A DNA stretch of 53,557 bases, taken from NCBI GenBank assembly GCA_038231275.1, contig JBBRLQ010000043.1, positions 1 through 53,557 on the forward strand, in the 5' to 3' direction. The notes beneath the pieces were generated by a model. It ran no database searches. It was given only the letters and a program-made list of their open reading frames with translations, and was not told the origin of the DNA. This DNA is from Polyangiales bacterium (GTDB lineage: Bacteria > Myxococcota_A > Polyangia > Polyangiales > Polyangiaceae). The position numbers were made by a program, and so were the translations under genes. Positions 20,156 to 29,397 of the stretch are shown piece after piece; positions within the stretch are counted from its first letter, which is position 1, and every line of letters starts with the position of its first letter.

Positions 20156-22927
20156 GTGACGAGCGACGACGGGGGCGATAAAGAAAATCCGAGCGACCGG
20201 GACGACGGCGACACGACGGATACGTCGTCCGATGCGCTGTTGCGCCAGGTGGCGCACGTCTCGGACGTCGAGGCGCCGCGCAGCACGCCGCCGCGCTTCG
20301 CCCACTTTCGTGTCCAGCAGCGGCTCGGTCGCGGTGGGATGGGCATCGTGTATCGCGCGGTCGACGAATCGCTCGGCCGCCTCGTCGCGCTCAAGGTGTT
20401 GCCGCCCGCGCTCGAGGACGACGGACCGCGCCGGCGTCGCTTGATGCGAGAGGCGCGCGCCGCCGCCGCCGTGACCCACCCCAACATCGCGACGGTGTAC
20501 GAGGTCGGCGAGGCCGAAGGGCGCGTCTACATCGCGATGGAGCTGGTGGAGGGAAAGTCGCTGCGCGCGCGCCTCACCGATTGGGATCTGCCGCTCGCGG
20601 AGACCGTGAAGCTCGCCCTCCAGATCGCCGCAGGGCTCGCGCGCGCGCACAAGGCCGGCATCGTTCACCGCGATCTCAAACCCGACAACGTGGTGGTCAC
20701 GGACGACGGGATCGCCAAAATCCTCGATTTTGGCCTCGCCAAGCTCGTCCTCGCGGAGCCTTCGAACGACGGCGACATCGGTCACATGGAGACGATGACC
20801 GAGGATCGCAACATCCTAGGAACGCCGGCGTACATGTCCCCGGAGCAGGCGCGCGGCGAGGCGGTGACGGCAGCGACCGACGTGTTCGCGTTCGGTGTCA
20901 CGCTTCACGAGATGGTGACCGGCGGGCGGCCGTTCAGCGTGACGCCGGCCCACAACGCGGCGCACCTCGTTGCGGAGAGCGCGTTCGATCGCAAAGCGCG
21001 CCGGCCCGAGCTTCCGCCGCTGCTGGAGCGTGCGATCGAGCGGTGCCTGATGACCGACGCGCGCGAGCGGATTGCGGATGGCGCGGCGTTGGTGCGCGCG
21101 CTGGAGGAGGCGGCGACGGAGGTGGCGACGTGGGTGCCGAAGCTCCCGGTGACGCCGCGAAGCAGCGGGCCGCCGGCGCCGCGGGAGCGGGAGGCGCCGA
21201 CGCGGGTAGAGGGCGCGGATCACGGAGCGACGCCGCTGGTGCAGGTTGCGGCAGGGGAGAGGGCGCCGAGACGCCGCGGATGGTGGCTGGGGGCTGCGTT
21301 TGCCGTGATAGCGACGGCGATGGTCGTGATCACGTCGCGCGTGCCGTCGACTACTCGCGTCGTTGCGACCAACGCGGCGTCGAGCAGCGCGGCGCCGTCC
21401 GCTCGGCCGCGCCCGATTGGGCTTTTGGACCACCCGCCGCCCGTTACGAAGAATCCGGAGGCCGCGCAGGCGTACCGACGGGCACTCTCCGATCTGCGCG
21501 ACGCCGCGAGGGCGCCCCAACTGGGGTTTCTACGGGCGCTCGAGCTCGATCCGGAGATGGCGGCGGCGAGCTTGCGCGCGGCGATGTTCATGGGGCAGCC
21601 TGCCTCGAAGGAACAATACAGGAACGCCGTCCGGCTCCGCGACAGCCTCGATGCGCGCGATCGCGACCTTCTGCATGCCGAGGAGCCTATCGGCATGCGC
21701 ACGCCGCCCGACTTCAGGGAGGCGACACGCCGCTATCGCATCCTGCACGAGGCTCGGCCGCTCGACATGGAGGTGCTTCTTCGACTCGCCACGATCGAGG
21801 GAGAGCACGATCGGAAGGCGGCACGCGCTACAATGGAATCCCTGGTCGCCCTCGATCCGACGATGCCAGGCGCCGAGCTTGCCGCCGCGACCAATGCAGA
21901 GCAATCGGACGACGTCGAGTCTGCCCGGCGGCACTACCTCGCTTGCATGACGTTGTCCTCGCTCGCGGCGCTCTGCGTCGTTCGCCAGGCGCGACTGCTC
22001 GCCAAGGAAGGCCGCTGCGACCTCTATGCCAAAGAGATCACGCGCGCACTGACTCTCGAGCCGACGGACTTTTTCTTCCGTCGGGCCGGTGTCGCCGCGG
22101 TGCTCAGCGCGGGCGGTACCGACGACGAGCTCCGTGCTGCGGTCGCCAACGCACTTGTCATCGACTCTACCGCCGTCGCGAAGAGTCACGGCGAAGAGCT
22201 CTCCGGCGCGGTCGCACTCTGGCAGGGCGCCTTCGACAAGGCGCGGGACGCTTTGATGCGTGCCGACGAGGCGGCTCGTTTGGAGGGTTTTGCGAGTACG
22301 ATCTCATGGGTATTCCCGGAGCGGTTGGCGATTGCAGAGGAGCTCGGAGACGAGCTAGCCGTAGCTGCCATGGCGCGCGGGTATGTCGGCGCGCGCGGCT
22401 TGACGACCGAAGGCGATCACGACGGCCTGGTTCTCCGCGCGCTTCGCTCGCATCACGTCCTCCCCGAAGATGCGGTCAGAACCCTTCGTGCTCGCTGGCG
22501 GGCCGACTCGGCGGACCGCGTACCCTGGCAGGTTTGGCTCGAGTACGATGGCGAACCCGCCGTCACAAACGCCGAGGCGCGCGACGCCCTCGGCCTCGTA
22601 GAGGCGAGCGAAGCTCCCCATGCCCTCTCGCCGGTGAACGCGAGCCTAGGTCGTTTGCTCTTGTTGGCTGGCCGCCCCGCCGACGCCGCCGCGCGGCTCG
22701 AGCGGGTTGCCCGCGACTGCGCGCTGCTCGACGGAGATCATTCCCTCGTTCACGTCGCCGTCCAGGCGACCTATGCGCTGGGCATGGCACACGAGGCGAT
22801 GGGCGATCGAGCGGCAGCGTGCGCGGACTATCGCCGGGTCATTCAGCGCTGGGGCGGGGCGAAGCCGCGTTCGACGACCGGCGCCGCGGCGCGGCTCCGC
22901 TCTCAGACGATCAGCTGCTCCGAGTAG
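20156..22927 (+). CDS. Membrane-anchored Ser/Thr protein kinase with extracytoplasmic TPR-like region
   Basis: LGRGGMG.VY, VALK, HRDLKPDN, DFG, GTPAYMSPEQ; single TM; start uncertain (20120/20156). Confidence 0.93.
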   Translation: MTSDDGGDKENPSDRDDGDTTDTSSDALLRQVAHVSDVEAPRSTPPRFAHFRVQQRLGRGGMGIVYRAVDESLGRLVALKVLPPALEDDGPRRRRLMREARAAAAVTHPNIATVYEVGEAEGRVYIAMELVEGKSLRARLTDWDLPLAETVKLALQIAAGLARAHKAGIVHRDLKPDNVVVTDDGIAKILDFGLAKLVLAEPSNDGDIGHMETMTEDRNILGTPAYMSPEQARGEAVTAATDVFAFGVTLHEMVTGGRPFSVTPAHNAAHLVAESAFDRKARRPELPPLLERAIERCLMTDARERIADGAALVRALEEAATEVATWVPKLPVTPRSSGPPAPREREAPTRVEGADHGATPLVQVAAGERAPRRRGWWLGAAFAVIATAMVVITSRVPSTTRVVATNAASSSAAPSARPRPIGLLDHPPPVTKNPEAAQAYRRALSDLRDAARAPQLGFLRALELDPEMAAASLRAAMFMGQPASKEQYRNAVRLRDSLDARDRDLLHAEEPIGMRTPPDFREATRRYRILHEARPLDMEVLLRLATIEGEHDRKAARATMESLVALDPTMPGAELAAATNAEQSDDVESARRHYLACMTLSSLAALCVVRQARLLAKEGRCDLYAKEITRALTLEPTDFFFRRAGVAAVLSAGGTDDELRAAVANALVIDSTAVAKSHGEELSGAVALWQGAFDKARDALMRADEAARLEGFASTISWVFPERLAIAEELGDELAVAAMARGYVGARGLTTEGDHDGLVLRALRSHHVLPEDAVRTLRARWRADSADRVPWQVWLEYDGEPAVTNAEARDALGLVEASEAPHALSPVNASLGRLLLLAGRPADAAARLERVARDCALLDGDHSLVHVAVQATYALGMAHEAMGDRAAACADYRRVIQRWGGAKPRSTTGAAARLRSQTISCSE

Positions 22928-23013
22928 TCGCATTCTTGGACACCTTTTCGACATCTCGTCGTAAATAGTGAAGGCGCGGCCGAGTCGGCCGCATGAGTGG
23001 GGAGGGCTGGAAG

Positions 23014-23337
23014 ATGCGCGACTTTGCAGATCTGGATCTCACGGTGACCATTTCGAGCTGTGGAACAGGACGCGAGTCGCTCCTTGCCTACATTGATAGG
23101 CAATCGTGCCACACGCCCTCCAGCATGGTGAAGTGCCTTCCGCTGTTTGGCTCGACCAAGGTCGAGGACCTTCTGGTTGCGAACCCAAGCCAGGACCTTG
23201 TCGCGATGAAGATGCAGCTAACGGCGGCCCTGGCAGAGTACCAGAGAATAAATCCCCAGACGCCCGGCAAGCCCGATGAGCCTGTGCAGGAGATGACCGC
23301 AATCCTCGCCGCGATCGACCTCGCCAGCACACCGTGA
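23014..23337 (+). CDS. Small protein, putative RiPP precursor
   Basis: GGAGG at 23001-23005 before ATG 23014 (alt. start 22993); 3 Cys and many Ser/Thr in N-half; first gene of a tight operon with modification-type enzymes. Confidence 0.6.
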   Translation: MRDFADLDLTVTISSCGTGRESLLAYIDRQSCHTPSSMVKCLPLFGSTKVEDLLVANPSQDLVAMKMQLTAALAEYQRINPQTPGKPDEPVQEMTAILAAIDLASTP

Positions 23338-23338
23338 C

Positions 23339-24520
23339 GTGAGCAGGGTCGACGCGCCGCAGGGCACGCCTCTGGTCTTGCGCCGCATGCGCGCATGCGC
23401 GCGATTCGAGCTCTTCGCGTACGACGCGCTCGATGAGGCCACCAAGCGTCGACTCGTCCCCTACACTCGGGACGACGATTTCTTCGGAGTCTTGGTCTCT
23501 CGCGATGGAGCCCTCCCGAAGGCGGTGTCCAACCAGGGCGCGCTCCTCTTCCTTGCGCTCCATCGTCCCCAGGCCCTGCCTTCGCTCCTGCGAACGGTGA
23601 TGGAACGGGATCCGGAGATTTTGCGCCGCCTCGTCCTCGATGGCGTCTTAGAGCTGGAGGACGAGGGTGGTTTCGTCTCGGGCCCCGCTGCGCTCTCGCT
23701 CTTTTCGACCGTGCCCCGCAGTCCTGCGTCGCACCCACTCGCGCGCACGGCGCACGATGCCGTTGCGTGCGCGGCCGGGTATGAAGGACTCGAGGCCGGG
23801 GCCCTGGCGCTGCGGGTCTATCAGTTTGGTCGCCTCCCATGCACGCCCGCCCTCCGCAGGCGCTTCATGGCCGACGCGGATCTTGTCTCTTTTCTGACGA
23901 GCGAAACGGATGCAGTAGCGCGGATACGCGGCTGGAACCCGCCTCACGCGGAGGGGGCCTGGCTCCAGTGGAGCAACCAGCACGCCACGCATGCTCCTGC
24001 CTACAAGCTCTACGTGAGCGCTCGCCTAGTCGCGATGCCGCGCGCCTTCGCGCTGACCCTCGAGGCGCTCGACCGGACGACCTGTGGCACGTTCAAGGTT
24101 GGCCGAGGGGGCGAAGGTGTTTGCAGGCCCGACAAGCTGATTGCGTACTTCAATTCTTTCGACGAGCTGCGTGCGTGCGCGACAATTCTAGAGGGGGCAT
24201 TCGCCGCGGCATTTGTCGGGGAGGACTCCGCACACGGGGTTCCGCTTACCGCGCCGGTCGACGCTGCCGGCTACATCTCATGGGGCATGGATCCGCCCGA
24301 GCTTGCGTCGACGGTCACGGGCCTACGCGAGAGTTGGCGGAAGTGGCTCGCCGCTCGCGTTGCCGGCGCGGTCCTTTCGGCGAAGAGGCAAGGGAGTGAA
24401 GATGACCTCGTTGCGTTCGTTCTCGAGCGCCTCGAGCTGGACGGCGTGGACACCTCCGGGTGGACGCCCACCCAAGCGCTCTGGCGCGGGCACGCGGCGC
24501 GCCAAGAAGACGTCGCATGA
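23339..24520 (+). CDS. HopA1-like (LanY-like) putative phosphoSer/Thr lyase with possible N-terminal RRE
   Basis: YKLYVS, FKV, RPDKLIAYF, GVPLT, SWGMDP, ESWR.WLA.RVA motifs. Confidence 0.65.
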   Translation: MSRVDAPQGTPLVLRRMRACARFELFAYDALDEATKRRLVPYTRDDDFFGVLVSRDGALPKAVSNQGALLFLALHRPQALPSLLRTVMERDPEILRRLVLDGVLELEDEGGFVSGPAALSLFSTVPRSPASHPLARTAHDAVACAAGYEGLEAGALALRVYQFGRLPCTPALRRRFMADADLVSFLTSETDAVARIRGWNPPHAEGAWLQWSNQHATHAPAYKLYVSARLVAMPRAFALTLEALDRTTCGTFKVGRGGEGVCRPDKLIAYFNSFDELRACATILEGAFAAAFVGEDSAHGVPLTAPVDAAGYISWGMDPPELASTVTGLRESWRKWLAARVAGAVLSAKRQGSEDDLVAFVLERLELDGVDTSGWTPTQALWRGHAARQEDVA

Positions 24521-26853
24521 GCATTCTCGGCGAGGTCGTTCTCGCGGCGGACGTGGAGATCTTGCCGCTCTCGGAGGTGCCGGAGGCGACTCGTGCAGCG
24601 ATCCCGCATGCAGCCGATGACTACGCCGTCAGCCGGCCGCACAGCCGTTCGGGCTCGCGGATCATTAGCAGCATGTCGCGTGATCTACTCCTCGAGTTTC
24701 GGCAACCCACGCGCATCGTCGATGCAATCGTACGCTTCTCCAAGGCCCGCGGCGCGGACCCGGAGCTGACGCTCGACGACGCCTACCCCATGCTGGCACG
24801 CTTCTACCGGGACGCGCTCCTCGTCTCGCCCGCGCAGCGCGAGGCCGCTCCAATGGCGTCGCACCTCACCGAAGGGCTCGAACTCTTCGGCGTGACGCTG
24901 CGACGACGAGTCCACGCGCTAGACGACACCGAGGTCTTCTTCGGGACCGCCTCTGGGCGACTCTTCGCGGTGAAGGCTCTGCGCGCCGGGATCGATGCAG
25001 CCGAGCGGGAGGCAGACGCGACCCGTCGCGCGCAGCCACGAGCGCCGGAGATCGCCGGCGTTCATGCGTCGGAGGGCGCCGGAGTCATCGTCTCGGAATG
25101 GGTGCTCGGCGAGGACGCCTCGGCCGCCGCAGCAGCCGTTCGTCGAGTAGGAGAGGCGCGCCGCGAATCGGCTCTTCTTTCGCTCTGCTGTGATGTCGCG
25201 GAGGCGATCGCGCAACTGCACGCGGCCGGTGTCGTCCACGGCGACGTCAATCCGAGCAACGTCCTCATCGAGTCTACCGGTCGAGCGCGTGTCATCGACT
25301 TCGGGTTTGCCCACGTCTCGGAAGGCACCGGACCGCCTGCGGTACGCGGGGGCGTCGTATCCTTTTTCGAGCCGGAGCTAGCCTCGGCGGTTCTGCGTGG
25401 GGACTCGTTCCCTGCCACCCTCGCCGGCGAGCAGTACTCCCTCGGCGCCCTCCTCTACCTCATGTGGACCGGCGTGCCGTACGTCGACTGGTCGCTCGAG
25501 CGCGCGAAGACGTTCCGTCAAATCGTCGAGAGCCCGCCCATCCCCTTCGCGCGTCGTCAGGTTCCTTCGTGGCCGGCGCTCGAGGCCGTCCTCTTTCGCG
25601 CACTCGCCAAGTCGCCTGCGGAGCGCTTCGCGTCGTGCGCGGATCTCGCCGCGGAGCTTAGTGCCCTCCTCCCCGCCGCCCGCGCGCGCGACGAGGAGGC
25701 CGCGCGAACAGCGAAGCCCGCCCGCGATCTCACCCGCGAGCTGACGCGAAACCTACTGGAGCGTGTCGGCGTCGGCGGGTCCGCACTGCGCGGCCTCCCC
25801 GCGAGCCCGCCCTATGCGTCCGTCAACTACGGCGCCGCGGGCATCGCGTATGCGCTCTACAAGCTCTCCATCGCGCGCGACGACGCCGAGCTCCTCGCCG
25901 CCGCCGATGTGTGGGCACGCAAGGCGGAGATCCTCGCCGGCGACGATCTCGCGTTTCGCGGCCACGAAGGCGAGATCACCGAGGAGAGCGCGGGCAAGGC
26001 CGCCCTCTTCCACGCGCCGCCCGGCCTCCACGCGGTCCGCGCGCTCGTCGGCCTCGCCTTTGGTGAGCCAACGCGTGCCGCTCCTGCGCTCGAAGATTTT
26101 CTCACCGCGTCGCGCGTCCCCTCGGACAAGCGCGATCTCACCACCGGGAAAGCCAGCCTCCTCCTCGGCTGCTCCGAGCTCCTCGACGCCATGGACGCGT
26201 CCTCCTGCGACACCACGGGTCTGGTGGCCCGCGGCGACGAGCTGCGCGACGAGCTTCGTCGCCTCGTCGCCGCGTCGGACTTCGCCACCGACGAGGCCGT
26301 TCCCTACCTCGGCATCGCGCACGGATGGGCCGGTCTCCTCTTCGCGCTCCTTCGTTGGTCGCAAGCGCGCGGGCAGTCTGCCGAGCCGTACCGCGCCAAG
26401 CTCGACGAGCTCGCCGGCCTCCGCGAGCCACACGGAGCGGGCATGCGTTGGCCCATCCACAACAGGACCGCGCTACAACCGTCGTACATGGACGGCTGGT
26501 GCAACGGCGCTGCCGGACACGCGCTCCTCTGGGCGCTCGCGCACGAACGCCTCGGCGTCGCGGAGTACGCCGTTCACGCCGCGCGCGCCGCAACCTCCGC
26601 GTGGTCCAGCCGGGCCCGCCACGGCACCATCTGCTGCGGCCTCGCCGGCATCGGTTACGCCTGCGCCGCCGTCCATCGCGTCACGGGCGACCCCGCATGG
26701 CTGACGCGCGCGCGCCTCGCGGCCCGCCGCGCGTGCGAGGACCGCTCCGAGCCCAAGTACGTCGACAGCCTCTACAAGGGCGCCCTCGGCGCCACGCTGC
26801 TCTACCTCGAGCTCGACGCGGGCCGGCCCGCGACGCCGTTCTTGGAGCGCTGA
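24517..26853 (+). CDS. Kinase-LanC cyclase fusion (lanthionine synthetase C family) with putative N-terminal RRE
   Basis: Kinase AVK, HGDVNPSN, DFG, EPE; LanC YGAAGIAY, LGIAHGWAG, GWCNGAAG, ICCGLAG, SLYKG; ATGA overlap with upstream gene. Confidence 0.85.
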   Translation: MSILGEVVLAADVEILPLSEVPEATRAAIPHAADDYAVSRPHSRSGSRIISSMSRDLLLEFRQPTRIVDAIVRFSKARGADPELTLDDAYPMLARFYRDALLVSPAQREAAPMASHLTEGLELFGVTLRRRVHALDDTEVFFGTASGRLFAVKALRAGIDAAEREADATRRAQPRAPEIAGVHASEGAGVIVSEWVLGEDASAAAAAVRRVGEARRESALLSLCCDVAEAIAQLHAAGVVHGDVNPSNVLIESTGRARVIDFGFAHVSEGTGPPAVRGGVVSFFEPELASAVLRGDSFPATLAGEQYSLGALLYLMWTGVPYVDWSLERAKTFRQIVESPPIPFARRQVPSWPALEAVLFRALAKSPAERFASCADLAAELSALLPAARARDEEAARTAKPARDLTRELTRNLLERVGVGGSALRGLPASPPYASVNYGAAGIAYALYKLSIARDDAELLAAADVWARKAEILAGDDLAFRGHEGEITEESAGKAALFHAPPGLHAVRALVGLAFGEPTRAAPALEDFLTASRVPSDKRDLTTGKASLLLGCSELLDAMDASSCDTTGLVARGDELRDELRRLVAASDFATDEAVPYLGIAHGWAGLLFALLRWSQARGQSAEPYRAKLDELAGLREPHGAGMRWPIHNRTALQPSYMDGWCNGAAGHALLWALAHERLGVAEYAVHAARAATSAWSSRARHGTICCGLAGIGYACAAVHRVTGDPAWLTRARLAARRACEDRSEPKYVDSLYKGALGATLLYLELDAGRPATPFLER

Positions 26854-26863
26854 CGCGGAGCGC

Positions 26864-27996
26864 TCACAGCGGGCAGCAAATCGTCGTCGGCGCGTCGAAC
26901 GCGACGCCCCCCGACGGCGAGCTCGATCCTGGCGCGCAGCTGGCATTTCGCGCCGCCGTGAAGACGTAAGAGTCGGCGTTCATGACCGTGCCGGGAATCT
27001 GGCATTGCTCCGTCACGGCGATCTCCGGAGTCGGCGACCCCGAGCAAAGCCCCGACTGGAGCAACACCGAAGAGCCCGAGCACGAGCTCGTCGGCGTGCA
27101 CCCGCACGCCGTGCACGACGCGTCGCCGCTGAGGCTGCTGCCCCCGTCGGCATCGCGCGCGCCGATCACGTGCTTGGTCCAAGCGCCGCCGTCAGGGCAG
27201 GGGACGTCCCCGCTTCGGCTCACGCACGCCGAGAACGGCTTCGCGATCGCGGGAACGCAAGAAGGCTGGCTCGGCTGACACCCGCCACCCGCCGCGCGAG
27301 CCACGCACGCCGTCCCGCTCGCCGCGCAGACGACGTTGTTGCTCGTCGCGATTGTGTTGGCCGCGTAGGTGTCGCTGCTGGGACCTGCCTCGACGATCTG
27401 GGCGTAGTAGCTCGGCACGAACGTCATGAAGCGCTCTTGGCAGCCCGCGTCGGCGTGCATCACGACGGGACCGTTGATCGTCGGGTTGGGCGTCAACGCG
27501 GGGCGGCACGTGATGTTGTCGGCCTGAATCAGCGTGCCGACGCAGTCGCCTGTGTTGGCCGCGCAGCCACAGGTGCACGAGACGGTTCCGCTCGGACCTT
27601 CGTTGAACGCGCCTGCCTCTTCGAACGGCGCCGCGCAACCGGCGTCTAACGCCGACGCGATCGCCGCAGGTCGCCAGCCCGGAGGCACCGCGGCGCCGCA
27701 CGCAAACGCGCCGCACGCATCGTCCTGGCAGTCGGTCTTCCCGTTGCAGTCGTCGTCGATCCCGTTGAGGCAATCCTCGGGCACGCACACCGCACCGTCC
27801 GACGCGCGCCGAAGTCGCGCGCGCCGTCTCCTCCCGCACCGTCCACTAGAGGAGAGACCGGAGCGTCGGTCGCGTCCACGCTCGAGCCGTCCACGTACCC
27901 GACGTCGTCGAGCCCGAGGATGGCCGAGCAGCCTGCGCCCCACGAGGCCGCGAGCACCGCCAGAAACGGACGCCATCCCTTGCGGCTCGACCCCAC
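26864..27996 (-). pseudogene. Cys-rich lipoprotein with apparent frameshift near 27800-27815
   Basis: Signal/lipobox MGSSRKGWRPFLAVLAASWGAGC-SAILGLDD in one frame; Cys-rich body (EDCLNGIDDDCNGKTDC...TICCPL) in another. Confidence 0.7.
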
Positions 27997-28117
27997 CTGC
28001 CCAGTCTCGCATGACGAATGATGCTCGCGCCCTCCCGCGATCGTGTAGGAAGAGCGGCGCAAAGACCGGGGATCGCCCCTGCTCGATGCAAGCTTGCGCG
28101 CAACGCCGCTTTTTCAC

Positions 28118-28157
28118 TTGCGAAATGGCGCGCCGCACGTAAAGTACGCCTCCCCGC
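28118..28157 (+). promoter_or_regulatory. Putative sigma70-type promoter for rplV block
   Basis: TTGCGA-N16-TAAAGT-ACGCCTCCCCGC, T tract upstream; same architecture upstream of rpsD. Confidence 0.65.
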
Positions 28158-28327
28158 CGGCCCCTTGCCGTCGGTTTTTGCCTCGATTTCTCGCTAGTTT
28201 CATTCAGTTGGCCGCCGTAACGGCTTCGCGGAACCGAGCTGGTTCACCAGCCCGAACCCGAAAGTACGACGGGGTCAGCGAGTCGGGCTCTTCGGAGAAC
28301 GGCGCTCTTTCAGGAGAAGGTCTACTC

Positions 28328-28672
28328 ATGGTGTCCAAGGCGATTGCCCGCTTCTCGCGGATCAGCCCGCGCAAGGCTCGGGTCATGGTCAATCTGGTTC
28401 GCGGCCGTCAGGCCGGCGAGGCGCTCCAGCTTCTGGAGTTCACCAAGAAATCCGGCGCTCCGATCCTGAAGAAGATCATCGAGAGCGCCGTCGCGAACGC
28501 GCGCACGACGAGCCCCGGCGTCGACGTCGACGCCTTGTTCGTCGAGACCGCGTTCGTCGACAAGGCCCCCAACAAGCACATGCGCCGCTGGCGCCCCCGC
28601 GCCATGGGCCGCGCGACCCGAATTCAAAAGGGCCTGAGCCACATCACCGTCATCCTCGGAGAGCGCGCGTAA
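28328..28672 (+). CDS. rplV: 50S ribosomal protein L22
   Basis: RISPRKAR...SAVANA...[18 protein letters not shown]. Confidence 0.98.
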   Translation: MVSKAIARFSRISPRKARVMVNLVRGRQAGEALQLLEFTKKSGAPILKKIIESAVANARTTSPGVDVDALFVETAFVDKAPNKHMRRWRPRAMGRATRIQKGLSHITVILGERA

Positions 28673-29397
28673 TGGGACAGAAAGTTCATCCGTACGGCTT
28701 CCGCCTCGGCATCATCAAGACCTGGAACTCGAAGTGGTTCGAGGACAAGGCCTACGCCAAGTGGCTGCACGAGGACATCCGCATCAAGCGCGCGGTGAAG
28801 GACTACTTGATGAACGCGAACATCGCGGGCGTCGAGGTCGAGCGCGCCGCGAACAAGTGCAAGGTGATCGTCTTCACCGCGCGCCCCGGCATGGTCATCG
28901 GCAAGGGCGGCAAGGGCATCGAGACCCTGAAGATCGGCAACCTCAAGACGGCCGCCAAGGGTGAGCCGCTCTTCGCCGGCGTGCAGAGCTTCACGGACAA
29001 CGAGGTCTTCATCGACGTCCAGGAGATCCGCAAGGCGGAGACGAGCGCGCAGCTCGTCGCCGAGAACGTCGCCACGCAGCTCGAGCGCCGCGTCGCGTTC
29101 CGCCGCGCGATGAAGAAGGCCGTGTCGACGGCGATGAAGTTCGGCGCCAAGGGCATTCGTATCCGCTGCTCGGGTCGCCTCGGCGGCAGCGAGATGAGCC
29201 GCGTCGAGACCTACCGCGAAGGCCGCGTCCCGCTCCACACGCTCCGCGCCGACATCGAGTTCGGCACCGCGGAAGCACGCACCAAGTACGGAATCATCGG
29301 CTGCAAATGCTGGATCTTCAAGGGTGAGGTCCTCCAGCGCCGCGTTCGCCGCCCGCAGACGGGCATCGGCTCCGTCCCCGGTCCTACGGGCACCTGA
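28672..29397 (+). CDS. rpsC: 30S ribosomal protein S3
   Basis: [33 protein letters not shown]. Confidence 0.99.
   Translation: MGQKVHPYGFRLGIIKTWNSKWFEDKAYAKWLHEDIRIKRAVKDYLMNANIAGVEVERAANKCKVIVFTARPGMVIGKGGKGIETLKIGNLKTAAKGEPLFAGVQSFTDNEVFIDVQEIRKAETSAQLVAENVATQLERRVAFRRAMKKAVSTAMKFGAKGIRIRCSGRLGGSEMSRVETYREGRVPLHTLRADIEFGTAEARTKYGIIGCKCWIFKGEVLQRRVRRPQTGIGSVPGPTGT

Noticed and set aside
23339..24520. Type III secretion effector (HopA1) interpretation
   Set aside because: No T3SS genes nearby; coupling to a kinase-LanC gene favours a RiPP role
2545..28327. Integrative element or genomic island with att sites
   Set aside because: No recombinase, transposase, tRNA or flanking direct repeat seen; much of the content has host-like codon usage
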